Source of the DNA: Patescibacteria group bacterium
GTDB lineage: Bacteria; Patescibacteriota; Minisyncoccia; Phycocordibacterales; JBBTRF01
NCBI GenBank assembly: GCA_038065315.1
Contig: JBBTRF010000001.1
Coordinates: 528,458-592,457, forward strand
DNA length: 64,000 nt
Reading direction: 5' to 3'
A program made the translations under genes and the position numbers. The notes under the pieces are model-generated. The model ran no database searches, was not told the origin of the DNA, and was given only the letters and a program-made list of their open reading frames with translations. Positions within the stretch are counted from its first letter, which is position 1; each line of letters begins with the position of its first letter. Of the stretch, positions 49,648 through 57,797 are shown in pieces.

Positions 49648-50703
49648 TTACTTGACGGCGATTTCTCCAGTCATCGCATTGACGGGCCAGGCCAGCCGTT
49701 TGATCACTGTGTCCATGAGACGTTTTCCGGTTGGATTGAACAGATTCCAGATATTCTCCGGGTCCAAGTTTCTTTTCACAAAGCGGTGAATACGGTCGCT
49801 TGCGGCGATTCGCAAACTTAGCCGGTATGCTCCCGCTGAGAGCAAACCGCTGGCAAGCCCGTTCGCAAGCGCGATGAGGAGCACTGTCTGCTCGCCCATT
49901 TTACCCTTGGTGAGCAATGCGGTTGTCGAAGTGACAAGCAACGTTACCAGTGCCCCCATCCAATGGGCTTCTTTCCCCGACATCCTTGCGATAAGCAGAG
50001 GGAGCCGAGTGAGTGCTTGACCGATGGTGGCTACCATCGACAGGACTGGTGTAAGCACGAAGCTAACCAGCCAAATGACCCCGAAAGTGCTCAGTGCCAA
50101 GGTAAAAATGGTGCCCACGTAGGTGACTATGAAGGTCTTGGTTGCCACAAACAGCAGCACGCTTCGTGACCACAGCCGACCGAGCTTGCTTTTTTCGGTG
50201 TCCAAACTAATCCCTATAATGAAGCCTAGGGAGGCGGCAAGAATAGCCATGATCCAGAGCCCGAGAATCAGCAAGGACATATCTTGGTCGGGTTGATGCA
50301 GGCGGTGATATGTTGAGATAAGGACAAATCCAACCCAAGCCAACCCGATGATCCAGTCAGTGGTCCGCAAACGATTTTCTGTTGACTGTCGAAGCCACCG
50401 ACAAGAGCGGGGCAGGAGAGATAAGACGCGGCCGAGTCCGTCGCCAAGTCGCCTCCAGTTGTTTGGGCCGCGTTGGTTCAGATCGCTGAGCCAGGCCGCC
50501 GCTCGGGGCCATGTGTTGCTGACCTTGCTGGGCGCAGTCCGTGGTTCGTGCAATTTCTTCCAGATCTCGGGGGCCCAGAAGCCGATGATGAAGCCGAGGA
50601 GACAGGCCGCGAACATCGGCCAGAAGCCAGCGAAGTGAAAGGCGAGGATGCCAGTCGCGCCACCAGCGAAGCCACCGACGAAGTGTCTGAGGGTGAGGTT
50701 CAT
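49648..50703 (-). CDS. Polytopic membrane hypothetical protein
   Basis: Multiple hydrophobic helices; own TTGACA promoter near 50828. Confidence 0.7.
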   Translation of the reverse strand: MNLTLRHFVGGFAGGATGILAFHFAGFWPMFAACLLGFIIGFWAPEIWKKLHEPRTAPSKVSNTWPRAAAWLSDLNQRGPNNWRRLGDGLGRVLSLLPRSCRWLRQSTENRLRTTDWIIGLAWVGFVLISTYHRLHQPDQDMSLLILGLWIMAILAASLGFIIGISLDTEKSKLGRLWSRSVLLFVATKTFIVTYVGTIFTLALSTFGVIWLVSFVLTPVLSMVATIGQALTRLPLLIARMSGKEAHWMGALVTLLVTSTTALLTKGKMGEQTVLLIALANGLASGLLSAGAYRLSLRIAASDRIHRFVKRNLDPENIWNLFNPTGKRLMDTVIKRLAWPVNAMTGEIAVK

Positions 50704-50839
50704 AAGCGTGTGAGTTGCTGCAGTTTGTGTCAAACAGGGCGGGGAATCGGCAACGAGCCGACTCTTTTAGGTGAATTCCCGTCCAGTGCTATTTGCTAGC
50801 AAAGTACACTAAATCAAGGATAGTGTCAAGGTGGCGCCG

Positions 50840-51682
50840 CTACCTCCTAAACAACCCTTCAAAGTCCTCCTTCGGCATCTCGTAATTAAACCCTGGCGCT
50901 TTCTCCTGCAATCGCCCGCAGCGTTCTTTGTCATATTTCGGCGTCTTCTTCAATTGCACAAAACACACGGCTGAATACCGGCCCTCCTTTGCGGTCTGCG
51001 CGGTGGCGACCACCCGATGGCAGGTGGCTTTCAGCTGTCCGCTGGAGCGTAGCTGCATTTGCATCGAGGGGATGATCACGGTTTCGTCAGCCGAAACAGG
51101 CATGTCGATCCATTGCTTCTCGCGAGTGAGGCACTGCAACCCCGCCGCGCTCTCGTACAAGTGGGGAGTGAAGCCGCTTTGATCCGCGTGGGCACTGGCG
51201 ATCTCTTCGCCGACGGTCCGATCGCCAAAATAATGAATAAAGCGGATGAAATACGCATCCTCGCCCTGCTCGACCTCCTTTGTGAAATCTGGTAGAGCAA
51301 AAGCCTCTTCCGCCTGTCGCGCAAATTCCACGATGAGCGGCTTGGTCAGCGCCACTAGCGCCGAAGCGTCTTCGATGAAGCACAGGGCGACGGCGTTCTT
51401 CACCTTGCCGGCGTTTTCCGTGAGCCAGCGCTTGCTGCCGGTAGTGACATCGAAATTTTCCTTGTGATCTGCCTTGTTTCCAACACCGTCTTTCAATTCG
51501 TATCCAACTCCATCAGCATTGTTGCTGTAGGGGAGACCGCGCTTCACTTCGGTCGGCAACGCACAGAACTCTTGCCACGAAGCGACAGCTTTTTCGACCG
51601 CCGCGCGCAGCTGCGGCGGGTACTTCATTGATACAAAACCGGTTGTAGCTAGATTTTCGATGTCTTTGATTGGATGTTTCAT
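50840..51682 (-). CDS. 2OG-Fe(II) oxygenase, isopenicillin N synthase-like
   Basis: HAD (HxD), distal H in TCHRV, RYS motif, GLQ. Confidence 0.85.
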   Translation of the reverse strand: MKHPIKDIENLATTGFVSMKYPPQLRAAVEKAVASWQEFCALPTEVKRGLPYSNNADGVGYELKDGVGNKADHKENFDVTTGSKRWLTENAGKVKNAVALCFIEDASALVALTKPLIVEFARQAEEAFALPDFTKEVEQGEDAYFIRFIHYFGDRTVGEEIASAHADQSGFTPHLYESAAGLQCLTREKQWIDMPVSADETVIIPSMQMQLRSSGQLKATCHRVVATAQTAKEGRYSAVCFVQLKKTPKYDKERCGRLQEKAPGFNYEMPKEDFEGLFRR

Positions 51683-51736
51683 GTCCAAAGTATACAAAGC
51701 CGCGAAAAACAAAAAAGCGAGGGAGTCCTCGGTAAT

Positions 51737-52453
51737 TTACATCTTCTCACCAACCTGCTCATCTTCCTCGTAGAAGAAGGGCAGTGAGTCGATTTTGCTG
51801 TTGCTGATCGCGACGAGCACCTTGGCGATGGCTTTGAGCGAGTCGAACTCTGCGGATTCATTTTGGATAGCTTGGTCGATTGGCACCCACATGTTTTTGC
51901 CGAATTCGGTGTCGATCAATTCGCCCGAGTGGCTGCTCGCATACGCGATGGGGAAGAAGACATCTGAAAACAACTCATCTTTCACATACAGCATGCGGCG
52001 CTGGATGCCGACGATCCTGAAGTCCGCGTCGAGTCCGGTTTCGGTTTTCAGTTTTCGCGCGGCTGCCTTTTCAACCGGCTCTGCTTTGCGCACGATGCCA
52101 CCCATCACGCCGATTTTCCCAAAAGAGGGGTGGCTCTGGCGGAGCTGGTTGAGGATCTCAAGCTTGCCGTCTCGGACGCGCGACACAATGGTGATGACAT
52201 TCACTTTGAACAGACTCGCAATCTTTTCTTGCTCGTCCACGAGGTGCGGATCGGCGACATGTTTGATGCCGCTCTGTGCGAGAGAGTATCCGTCATCGCT
52301 GCGCTCAACCAGGCCTTTTTTCACGAGGAATTGCAGGTGATAATTGAAGAGGTCGTTCGGGATCTTTTCTGGCGCGAGTTCGCTGTAGCGGAGGAGTTTC
52401 GCGTTTTTTAGCTTGGTGAGAATGTGGTTTTGGATGGGGGAGAGGGCGGGCAT
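51737..52453 (-). CDS. Winged-helix + NUDIX-like domain protein
   Basis: LRYSEL...FNYHLQFLVKKGLV; degenerate Nudix box GGIVRKAEPVEKAAARKLKTETGL. Confidence 0.75.
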   Translation of the reverse strand: MPALSPIQNHILTKLKNAKLLRYSELAPEKIPNDLFNYHLQFLVKKGLVERSDDGYSLAQSGIKHVADPHLVDEQEKIASLFKVNVITIVSRVRDGKLEILNQLRQSHPSFGKIGVMGGIVRKAEPVEKAAARKLKTETGLDADFRIVGIQRRMLYVKDELFSDVFFPIAYASSHSGELIDTEFGKNMWVPIDQAIQNESAEFDSLKAIAKVLVAISNSKIDSLPFFYEEDEQVGEKM

Positions 52454-52506
52454 TGGAGTGTCGAGTAGAGCGTAGCACGGCAAAAAGGAAAAGAAAAATC
52501 GCAAAG

Positions 52507-52539
52507 AAAAAACCAGTTTCGACTTGCGTCTAACTGGTT
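52507..52539 (-). terminator. Intrinsic terminator of RNA-2
   Basis: AACCAGTT...AACTGGTT followed by T-tract on the minus strand. Confidence 0.7.
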
Positions 52540-52540
52540 G

Positions 52541-52939
52541 ATGAATCGGGACGAGGTGATATCTACCCCATCACAGTCGGGGAGTACACCCCAAGCTGTT
52601 GTCCGGTTGGGACGGACTCCTATTTAGTTTCGCTGCATGAGAAATCTTTTTGAGATCCCCCAGTGACTAGCTAGGCGATGATGGAAGGTGCTTCGTTATG
52701 CGAGTGACACGCTTCGTGTCCCCTAATTACTCACGGTCTGTCTTGCTCCCGTGCGCACTTATCATTCCTCTCTGGGTCTATTTGTAAGGCAGTCCAACTC
52801 CGATATTGTCCGGGCGCATTGCTCGGGCGGCTCGGCTAGAACTGGCACAAACGCGATTCGTCTTTCAACTTGTCGCTTTACGACCCTTTCGTCGCTCCCT
52901 TGCGAGAGCTCACTTTCAATATCCTGCTCGACCGATTCA
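52541..52939 (-). ncRNA. Candidate ~400-nt highly structured ncRNA (RNA-2)
   Basis: TTGACA (52974-52969)-17-TACGCT promoter; closing helix TGAATCGG/CCGATTCA; at least 7 local hairpins; terminator. Confidence 0.7.
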
Positions 52940-53116
52940 GTGACTAGCGTACTCCCAGAGGTAGGGGGTGTCAACTGTGTCGGCCGCGCCATCCCGGAAA
53001 GTCATTTTGTAATGTATTACGACGGACGGCGGCTTAGTAAGTGATCGAGACTAATACGCATCAATCACTCATATTTATACAATACCTTTATACAATAACA
53101 ATTAATCACCATCTTT

Positions 53117-53776
53117 ATGATCAACACAACCACACTTCGCAACGCCAACGTCTCCACTATCGGCATCTTCGTCGCAGCGCTTATTCTCACCGCTTCATTT
53201 GCAGCGGAGAAGGCGGATGCGGCTATCGTCAGCCAGCTCCAGCTTGGTTCAAGCGGTGCACAAGTCACCCAGCTCCAACAGTTTTTGGCGCTCAACACCA
53301 AGGTGTACCCAGCCGGTCTCGTCACTGGCTACTTCGGACCGATGACTCAGGCAGCGGTCTTGCAGTTCCAGGCCAACTATGACATTTCTCAGGTAGGACG
53401 AGTCGGACCTGCGACCATGGCACGCATGAACGCAGTGATGAATGCCGGTCAGGGCCTCGACATCGATGCACCATCGATCTCAAATCTCACCGTACAGACC
53501 AATAGCTTCAGCACCACTTTGAGCTTGAACAGCGACTCGAATGTTCGCGCGAAGGTTTTCTACAGCACACAACCCTTGCAGGTTCAGGAGGCTTCGTACA
53601 GCTTCACTGCTCCATCGGTCAGCGGACTTTCTGTAGAGTCCGGTGCATTTGGTACCTCACAGAGTATCTCTCTGACCAACTTGTCATCGAACACCATCTA
53701 CTACTACCTCGTACAGGCGACCGATCTTTCGGGGAACGTTTCTGTCACCCGACAGAGCAGCTTCCAGACACGGTAG
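53117..53776 (+). CDS. Secreted peptidoglycan-binding domain protein with Fn3-like C-terminus
   Basis: LQLGSSGAQVTQLQ...TGYFGPMTQAAVLQFQ; LSSNTIYYYLV. Confidence 0.82.
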   Translation: MINTTTLRNANVSTIGIFVAALILTASFAAEKADAAIVSQLQLGSSGAQVTQLQQFLALNTKVYPAGLVTGYFGPMTQAAVLQFQANYDISQVGRVGPATMARMNAVMNAGQGLDIDAPSISNLTVQTNSFSTTLSLNSDSNVRAKVFYSTQPLQVQEASYSFTAPSVSGLSVESGAFGTSQSISLTNLSSNTIYYYLVQATDLSGNVSVTRQSSFQTR

Positions 53777-53811
53777 TCGAAAATAGTCGAAACGAAAAAT
53801 ACGCCAAATCG

Positions 53812-53844
53812 CAAAAACCACCGCATTCTCAGCGGTGGTTTTTG
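53812..53844. terminator. Bidirectional terminator
   Basis: AAAAACCACCGC...GCGGTGGTTTTT between convergent genes. Confidence 0.75.
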
Positions 53845-53869
53845 TACACGAAGCTTAGATAGAGACGTA

Positions 53870-54151
53870 TCAACTTTTTGCAGCCATCTGAAGTTCTTTT
53901 TGAAGTTTGGAAAGTTCCTGGTCACTGCGCCCTTTTTCCTGCCTTAGTTTTAAGGTCTCAGATTCGAGTTTCCTGACATCTCCGTCGATTTTTCGGACCT
54001 CTCCTTCTAGTTTGGCAATCTCAGATTGTTTCTGTGTCAGACTAGCCTTGGCACCTCTAAGTTCGGTTTCTTTTTGTTGGAGTTCGGATACCCCCTTTTG
54101 AATTTGTCTTTGTAATTCCGAAATCGCCGCTGAAATGTTGCTACTGTTCAT
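53870..54151 (-). CDS. Coiled-coil hypothetical protein
   Basis: 93-aa heptad-rich ORF; TAATAT 8 nt upstream. Confidence 0.65.
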   Translation of the reverse strand: MNSSNISAAISELQRQIQKGVSELQQKETELRGAKASLTQKQSEIAKLEGEVRKIDGDVRKLESETLKLRQEKGRSDQELSKLQKELQMAAKS

Positions 54152-54227
54152 GCTGAGATGATTAGTATATTAATGGATTGAATTATATCACAAGCAGAAA
54201 GGGGAACGTGCGAGCGATTTTGTATGT

Positions 54228-54265
54228 TTGACATTCATAAACCAAAGTATATACTTTGGTTTATG
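54228..54265 (+). promoter_or_regulatory. TA promoter/operator
   Basis: TTGACA-16-TATACT; perfect 30-bp palindrome 54236-54265. Confidence 0.8.
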
Positions 54266-54532
54266 AAGACCGTACTCAACCTGAAGGTCGATAAGGCGTT
54301 GAAAGTGCAGGCACAGAAAACCGCCGCGGATTTTGGTATTCCGCTCGGCACGCTGATGAATGCCTTTCTGCGGCAGTTTGTGCGGACGAAGGAAGTAAAT
54401 CTCGATCTCACGTATCAGCCGACCAAGTATCTTGCGGACATCATTAAGGAATCGCGGGCGGAGTATGCCAGAGGAGAGGCGAACGGGCCTTTTACGGGAG
54501 ATGAGTTTATTGAGCATCTGAAGAAGCTTTAG
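54263..54532 (+). CDS. RelB/DinJ family antitoxin
   Basis: LNLKVDKALKVQAQKTAADFGIPLGTLMNAFLRQF. Confidence 0.87.
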   Translation: MKTVLNLKVDKALKVQAQKTAADFGIPLGTLMNAFLRQFVRTKEVNLDLTYQPTKYLADIIKESRAEYARGEANGPFTGDEFIEHLKKL

Positions 54533-54538
54533 TTTCCA

Positions 54539-54799
54539 ATGCGGTATTTGAGCTCAAAAAAATTTGATAAGCAGTTTTCAAAATTGCCAAAAGGGCTAAA
54601 GTTGAAGGCTGTCGAGCGCGTCACGATTTTTACAAAGGATCCTTTTGCTCCGATCCTAAACAATCATCAGCTGAATGGGGTGTGGGCGAATTGTCGGAGT
54701 ATCAATATTACTGCGGATATTCGAGCCGTGTATGAGATGGTGGAAGAGGATGTTGCGTATTTCGTGGCGATCGGGTCGCATGCAGAGCTGTATCGGTAA
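54539..54799 (+). CDS. YafQ/RelE family mRNA interferase toxin
   Basis: KKFDKQF...NHQLNG...RSINITADIRAVY...IGSHAELY. Confidence 0.88.
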   Translation: MRYLSSKKFDKQFSKLPKGLKLKAVERVTIFTKDPFAPILNNHQLNGVWANCRSINITADIRAVYEMVEEDVAYFVAIGSHAELYR

Positions 54800-54930
54800 T
54801 CTACTGTGTGGTCACGGATAATTTCTTCGCCGTCGCTCAGAAATTTCTTCGAAGCCTCCCGGCATTCGCTACTGCTCACCTGCCTCGGCTGTTTTGCCTG
54901 GTGGCAAAACATGCCTCCGGCTCACACCTG

Positions 54931-54965
54931 TACGAAAAAATCCGGAGCAGTCCGGATTTTTTCGT
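54931..54965 (-). terminator. Inverted repeat/terminator after tRNA-Lys
   Basis: ACGAAAAAATCCGGA...TCCGGATTTTTTCGT. Confidence 0.65.
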
Positions 54966-54969
54966 CTTG

Positions 54970-55042
54970 TGCGCCCGGTTGGAATCGAACCAACGACCCT
55001 CTGCTTAAAAGGCAGGTGCTCTACCGACTGAGCTACGGGCGC
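54970..55042 (-). tRNA. tRNA-Lys(UUU)
   Basis: GCGCCCG acceptor stem, AGCTCAGTCGGTAGAGC D-arm, CTTTTAA anticodon loop, GGTTCGATTCC T-arm; CCA not encoded. Confidence 0.95.
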
Positions 55043-55188
55043 AAGTGAGAAACAAAGATCGAGCTCGCTCGAGCTTTGGTTTCGAACGCAGCGCCCGTAT
55101 GTACATGCGGGCGCATGGACATACGGCGCGTGAGTCAAAATATACCAGAAAACCTTGAAATGTCGAGGATTTGGCGTATAGTGGGGCG

Positions 55189-55722
55189 ATGAAAACCAGT
55201 GCCGCTTCGCCGACAAAAACGCATCGAGACATCCGCGTGTTGCTGCACGATATTCGCAGCGTGCACAATGTCGGTTCAATGTTTCGCACCTCGGATGCCG
55301 CGGGAGTGTCGCACTTGTATCTTTCGGGGTATACGCCGACGCCGGTGGATCGTTTTAAACGTCCCCGCAAAGACTTGGCGAAGGTAGCACTCGGGGCAGA
55401 GAAAAATATCTCGTGGACGGCGCTCGTGCAAGGCGAGACTCCGACCGCACTCATCAAGCAGCTCAAGAAAGACGGATTTACGGTGATCGCAGTGGAGCAA
55501 GATGCTCGCGCGGTGGACTACAAGGTTGTCGCAGCTGATCTGGCCATCACCAACAAAAATGCAAAATTGCTGCTCATCTTCGGCAATGAAGTCGACGGCG
55601 TTTCAAAAAACATTTTGGCGCTATGCGACAGTGTGGCCGAGATTCCGATGGCGGGGAAGAAGGAGTCACTCAATGTGGCGGTGTCGTTTGGTATCGCGCT
55701 GTTTCGATTGCTTGGAATTTAG
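55189..55722 (+). CDS. TrmH/SpoU family RNA methyltransferase
   Basis: HNVGSMFRTSDA, IFGNEVDG and IPMAGKKESLNVA motifs. Confidence 0.92.
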   Translation: MKTSAASPTKTHRDIRVLLHDIRSVHNVGSMFRTSDAAGVSHLYLSGYTPTPVDRFKRPRKDLAKVALGAEKNISWTALVQGETPTALIKQLKKDGFTVIAVEQDARAVDYKVVAADLAITNKNAKLLLIFGNEVDGVSKNILALCDSVAEIPMAGKKESLNVAVSFGIALFRLLGI

Positions 55723-55734
55723 GTGCAGCTGGAT

Positions 55735-56715
55735 TTAGTACGACACCTGGTCCACGACTTTGCCGTCGGCATCGAGGAGTTGGATGATCTCGCGCTGGGT
55801 TTTCCAAAGCGGCTCGGTGCGGTTCAAAAAGACTCGCCACTCTTTCGAGAAGAAGTCGGTGTCGGGTTGGTGGAGACTGACGCAGGAGTTGTATGTGGCG
55901 TGATCCGCGATCCACACTTGGCATTCATGAGAGAGATACTCCGGCAAATTTTTGATCTGATTGCCACAGGTCGGCCATCGATTGATATAGTCGAGACACT
56001 TGTCGTTGAGCGCGTTTGGTGCGAGCGGCATTTTTTCGTCTCGAAGCAGTGGACAATACTCGCTGATGCTTGGGTTGAAGGTTTGGAATTGATTGAAATG
56101 CCCCATGCATTTGTTGATGAGGAAGGAGTTGCCGATCGGGGAACGCGCGGTGGAGACGATGGCTTTGTCGCCCGGTCGGAGACTGATTTCATCTTCGCCT
56201 TTCACTGCAGTCGAGGCGTATGAAGAGGGGAGGAGCACTGCCTTGCCGATCGATGCCTGGTGGCCGCTCTTCGTGCTGCGGAGCATCCAGCCAGTGATAT
56301 TTACTGATTCGGTGGAGATGAACGAGCTAGTTTTTCGATAGTCGATGGTGATGTGTTCCTGCTTCACGTCAGTACTCGCGGCGCCGGAAGGGCGATTAAT
56401 ACGGATCACTTTGAAAAGTCGCGATTTGTTTTCAATGTCTTTGTACTGTTCATCGCTACTGTACGGGTTGGTTTGGGCAGTCACAATACCAGATGGGGTG
56501 AGCTTCGTGCCGCCGTTCGCACCCCCGCCCGATCCTTCATTTGTCTGATTGGTGTTCGAGATGACTTTTCCGGAGCTGTCGGTGACAGTGACATTCGTCC
56601 GCTGTTCGAGCGCTTTTTCTTTGCCGCCGTTGAAGAACCAGACCACTCCGAGCAAGAGCAGAATGCCGACAAATTGCATGAAATCTTTGACCGCGTCGTG
56701 TTCAAGAATAGACAT
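55735..56715 (-). CDS. Membrane-anchored Cys-containing hypothetical protein
   Basis: N-terminal TM; VNITGWML, NKCMGH and LLDADGKVVD. Confidence 0.75.
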   Translation of the reverse strand: MSILEHDAVKDFMQFVGILLLLGVVWFFNGGKEKALEQRTNVTVTDSSGKVISNTNQTNEGSGGGANGGTKLTPSGIVTAQTNPYSSDEQYKDIENKSRLFKVIRINRPSGAASTDVKQEHITIDYRKTSSFISTESVNITGWMLRSTKSGHQASIGKAVLLPSSYASTAVKGEDEISLRPGDKAIVSTARSPIGNSFLINKCMGHFNQFQTFNPSISEYCPLLRDEKMPLAPNALNDKCLDYINRWPTCGNQIKNLPEYLSHECQVWIADHATYNSCVSLHQPDTDFFSKEWRVFLNRTEPLWKTQREIIQLLDADGKVVDQVSY

Positions 56716-56963
56716 GGGGAAAGTATAGCAAAATCTGCCGAAAAAGGGCTATTTGCAAGGGGGAAATGGGGGCAAGCGCAGGATATTGACAAATGTGGGT
56801 ATAAGGTGGTATAATACTAGCAGTGATACCTTGTCGATATCGCTAGCATATTCTTAGCCCTTTATTGGGCAGCCCTTGTTGGCCGGAAGCCGCAAGTAAG
56901 CTGGGGCACGTACGCCCTCTCGAATGTGATAAAAACTCGGCAAAGAAGTGGTTGTTTGACAGT

Positions 56964-57704
56964 ATGAAAATTCAAAGTCAGAACTCGTGCGGATTCCAAG
57001 GCCGCACCACCCGCCAACTCGTCGCCACCGGGGAGATTCCCAAGTGGGTCATCGACCGGTTGGTCTCCGTCGGCTACGAGGACCCTCGCAAGGAGTATCG
57101 GCTGATGACCATCGTCAATGCCGTCTGCTTGCTCATCGTGTTGTGCTGCACTGCGTTGGTCGCCTTCGTGCTCAATACGGCGAGAAACACAATGGGTAAT
57201 GTGGGCATTGCTGACCTGATCGCGCCCATGGTTGTCATTATCTTCTACTCCGCTATCGCGGCCGGTTGCTTCCTCATGAGGGGCCTGCTCGAAGATCGCA
57301 TGCTTGAGAAGACGAAACGTTTCGATCAGGTGATCGAACGCCTCATCCGCTCGCCGCGCCCGCAGTTCACGCCGGCGGACTTGGTCACTAAACGTGAACT
57401 CTACGTATCGGTGGAGAATGCGTTGGTCAATCTCGCTGCTTGCAAGACCGTCTTCTTGGAGCATGAAAGGAAGGTTCCTGGCAGTGCGCGAATACTGTCC
57501 AACTTTGCCAACGAGGACCTCGGCAAGCTCCTCGATGTTGGCAAAGAGCTCGGTGTGGTTGATCCTAATTACACCTATGTTCGGTTCTTCCAACGGGCAG
57601 AAATCTGCTGCGTAGACAAAGTTCGTGAGAAATTCGTCAAGATGCTCGCTGGACTGAAGCCAAACGAACAGCCACCGCTCTTCTGGTATCCCGACAGCAA
57701 CTAA
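56964..57704 (+). CDS. Two-TM hypothetical protein
   Basis: ORF with own TTGACA...TATAAT promoter and downstream terminator. Confidence 0.65.
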   Translation: MKIQSQNSCGFQGRTTRQLVATGEIPKWVIDRLVSVGYEDPRKEYRLMTIVNAVCLLIVLCCTALVAFVLNTARNTMGNVGIADLIAPMVVIIFYSAIAAGCFLMRGLLEDRMLEKTKRFDQVIERLIRSPRPQFTPADLVTKRELYVSVENALVNLAACKTVFLEHERKVPGSARILSNFANEDLGKLLDVGKELGVVDPNYTYVRFFQRAEICCVDKVREKFVKMLAGLKPNEQPPLFWYPDSN

Positions 57705-57742
57705 CAAGGCACCGACGATCGCCTAGAAGGTCGCTCGACATT

Positions 57743-57778
57743 TTCCCCCGCCAGCGCTTGCGCTGGCGGGGGATTTTC
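57743..57778. terminator. Intrinsic terminator
   Basis: TCCCCCGCCAGCGC-TT-GCGCTGGCGGGGGA followed by TTTT. Confidence 0.75.
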
Positions 57779-57797
57779 ATTACAAAATCTACCGATC

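Noticed and set aside
52541-52939. RNase P RNA, tmRNA, c-di-AMP riboswitch, group II intron or 23S PTC fragment
   Set aside because: No GAGGAAAGUCC/P4 partner, no tRNA-like T-loop or CCA end, no ydaO core and no domain V; the 23S-like resemblance near 52729-52760 is a single short patch
52751-53044. Overlapping 97-aa and 76-aa ORFs
   Set aside because: They cross the ncRNA promoter and have no coding features
49648-54969. Genomic island integrated at tRNA-Lys
   Set aside because: Accessory-looking genes and a TA pair are present, but I saw no integrase and no duplicated tRNA 3' end
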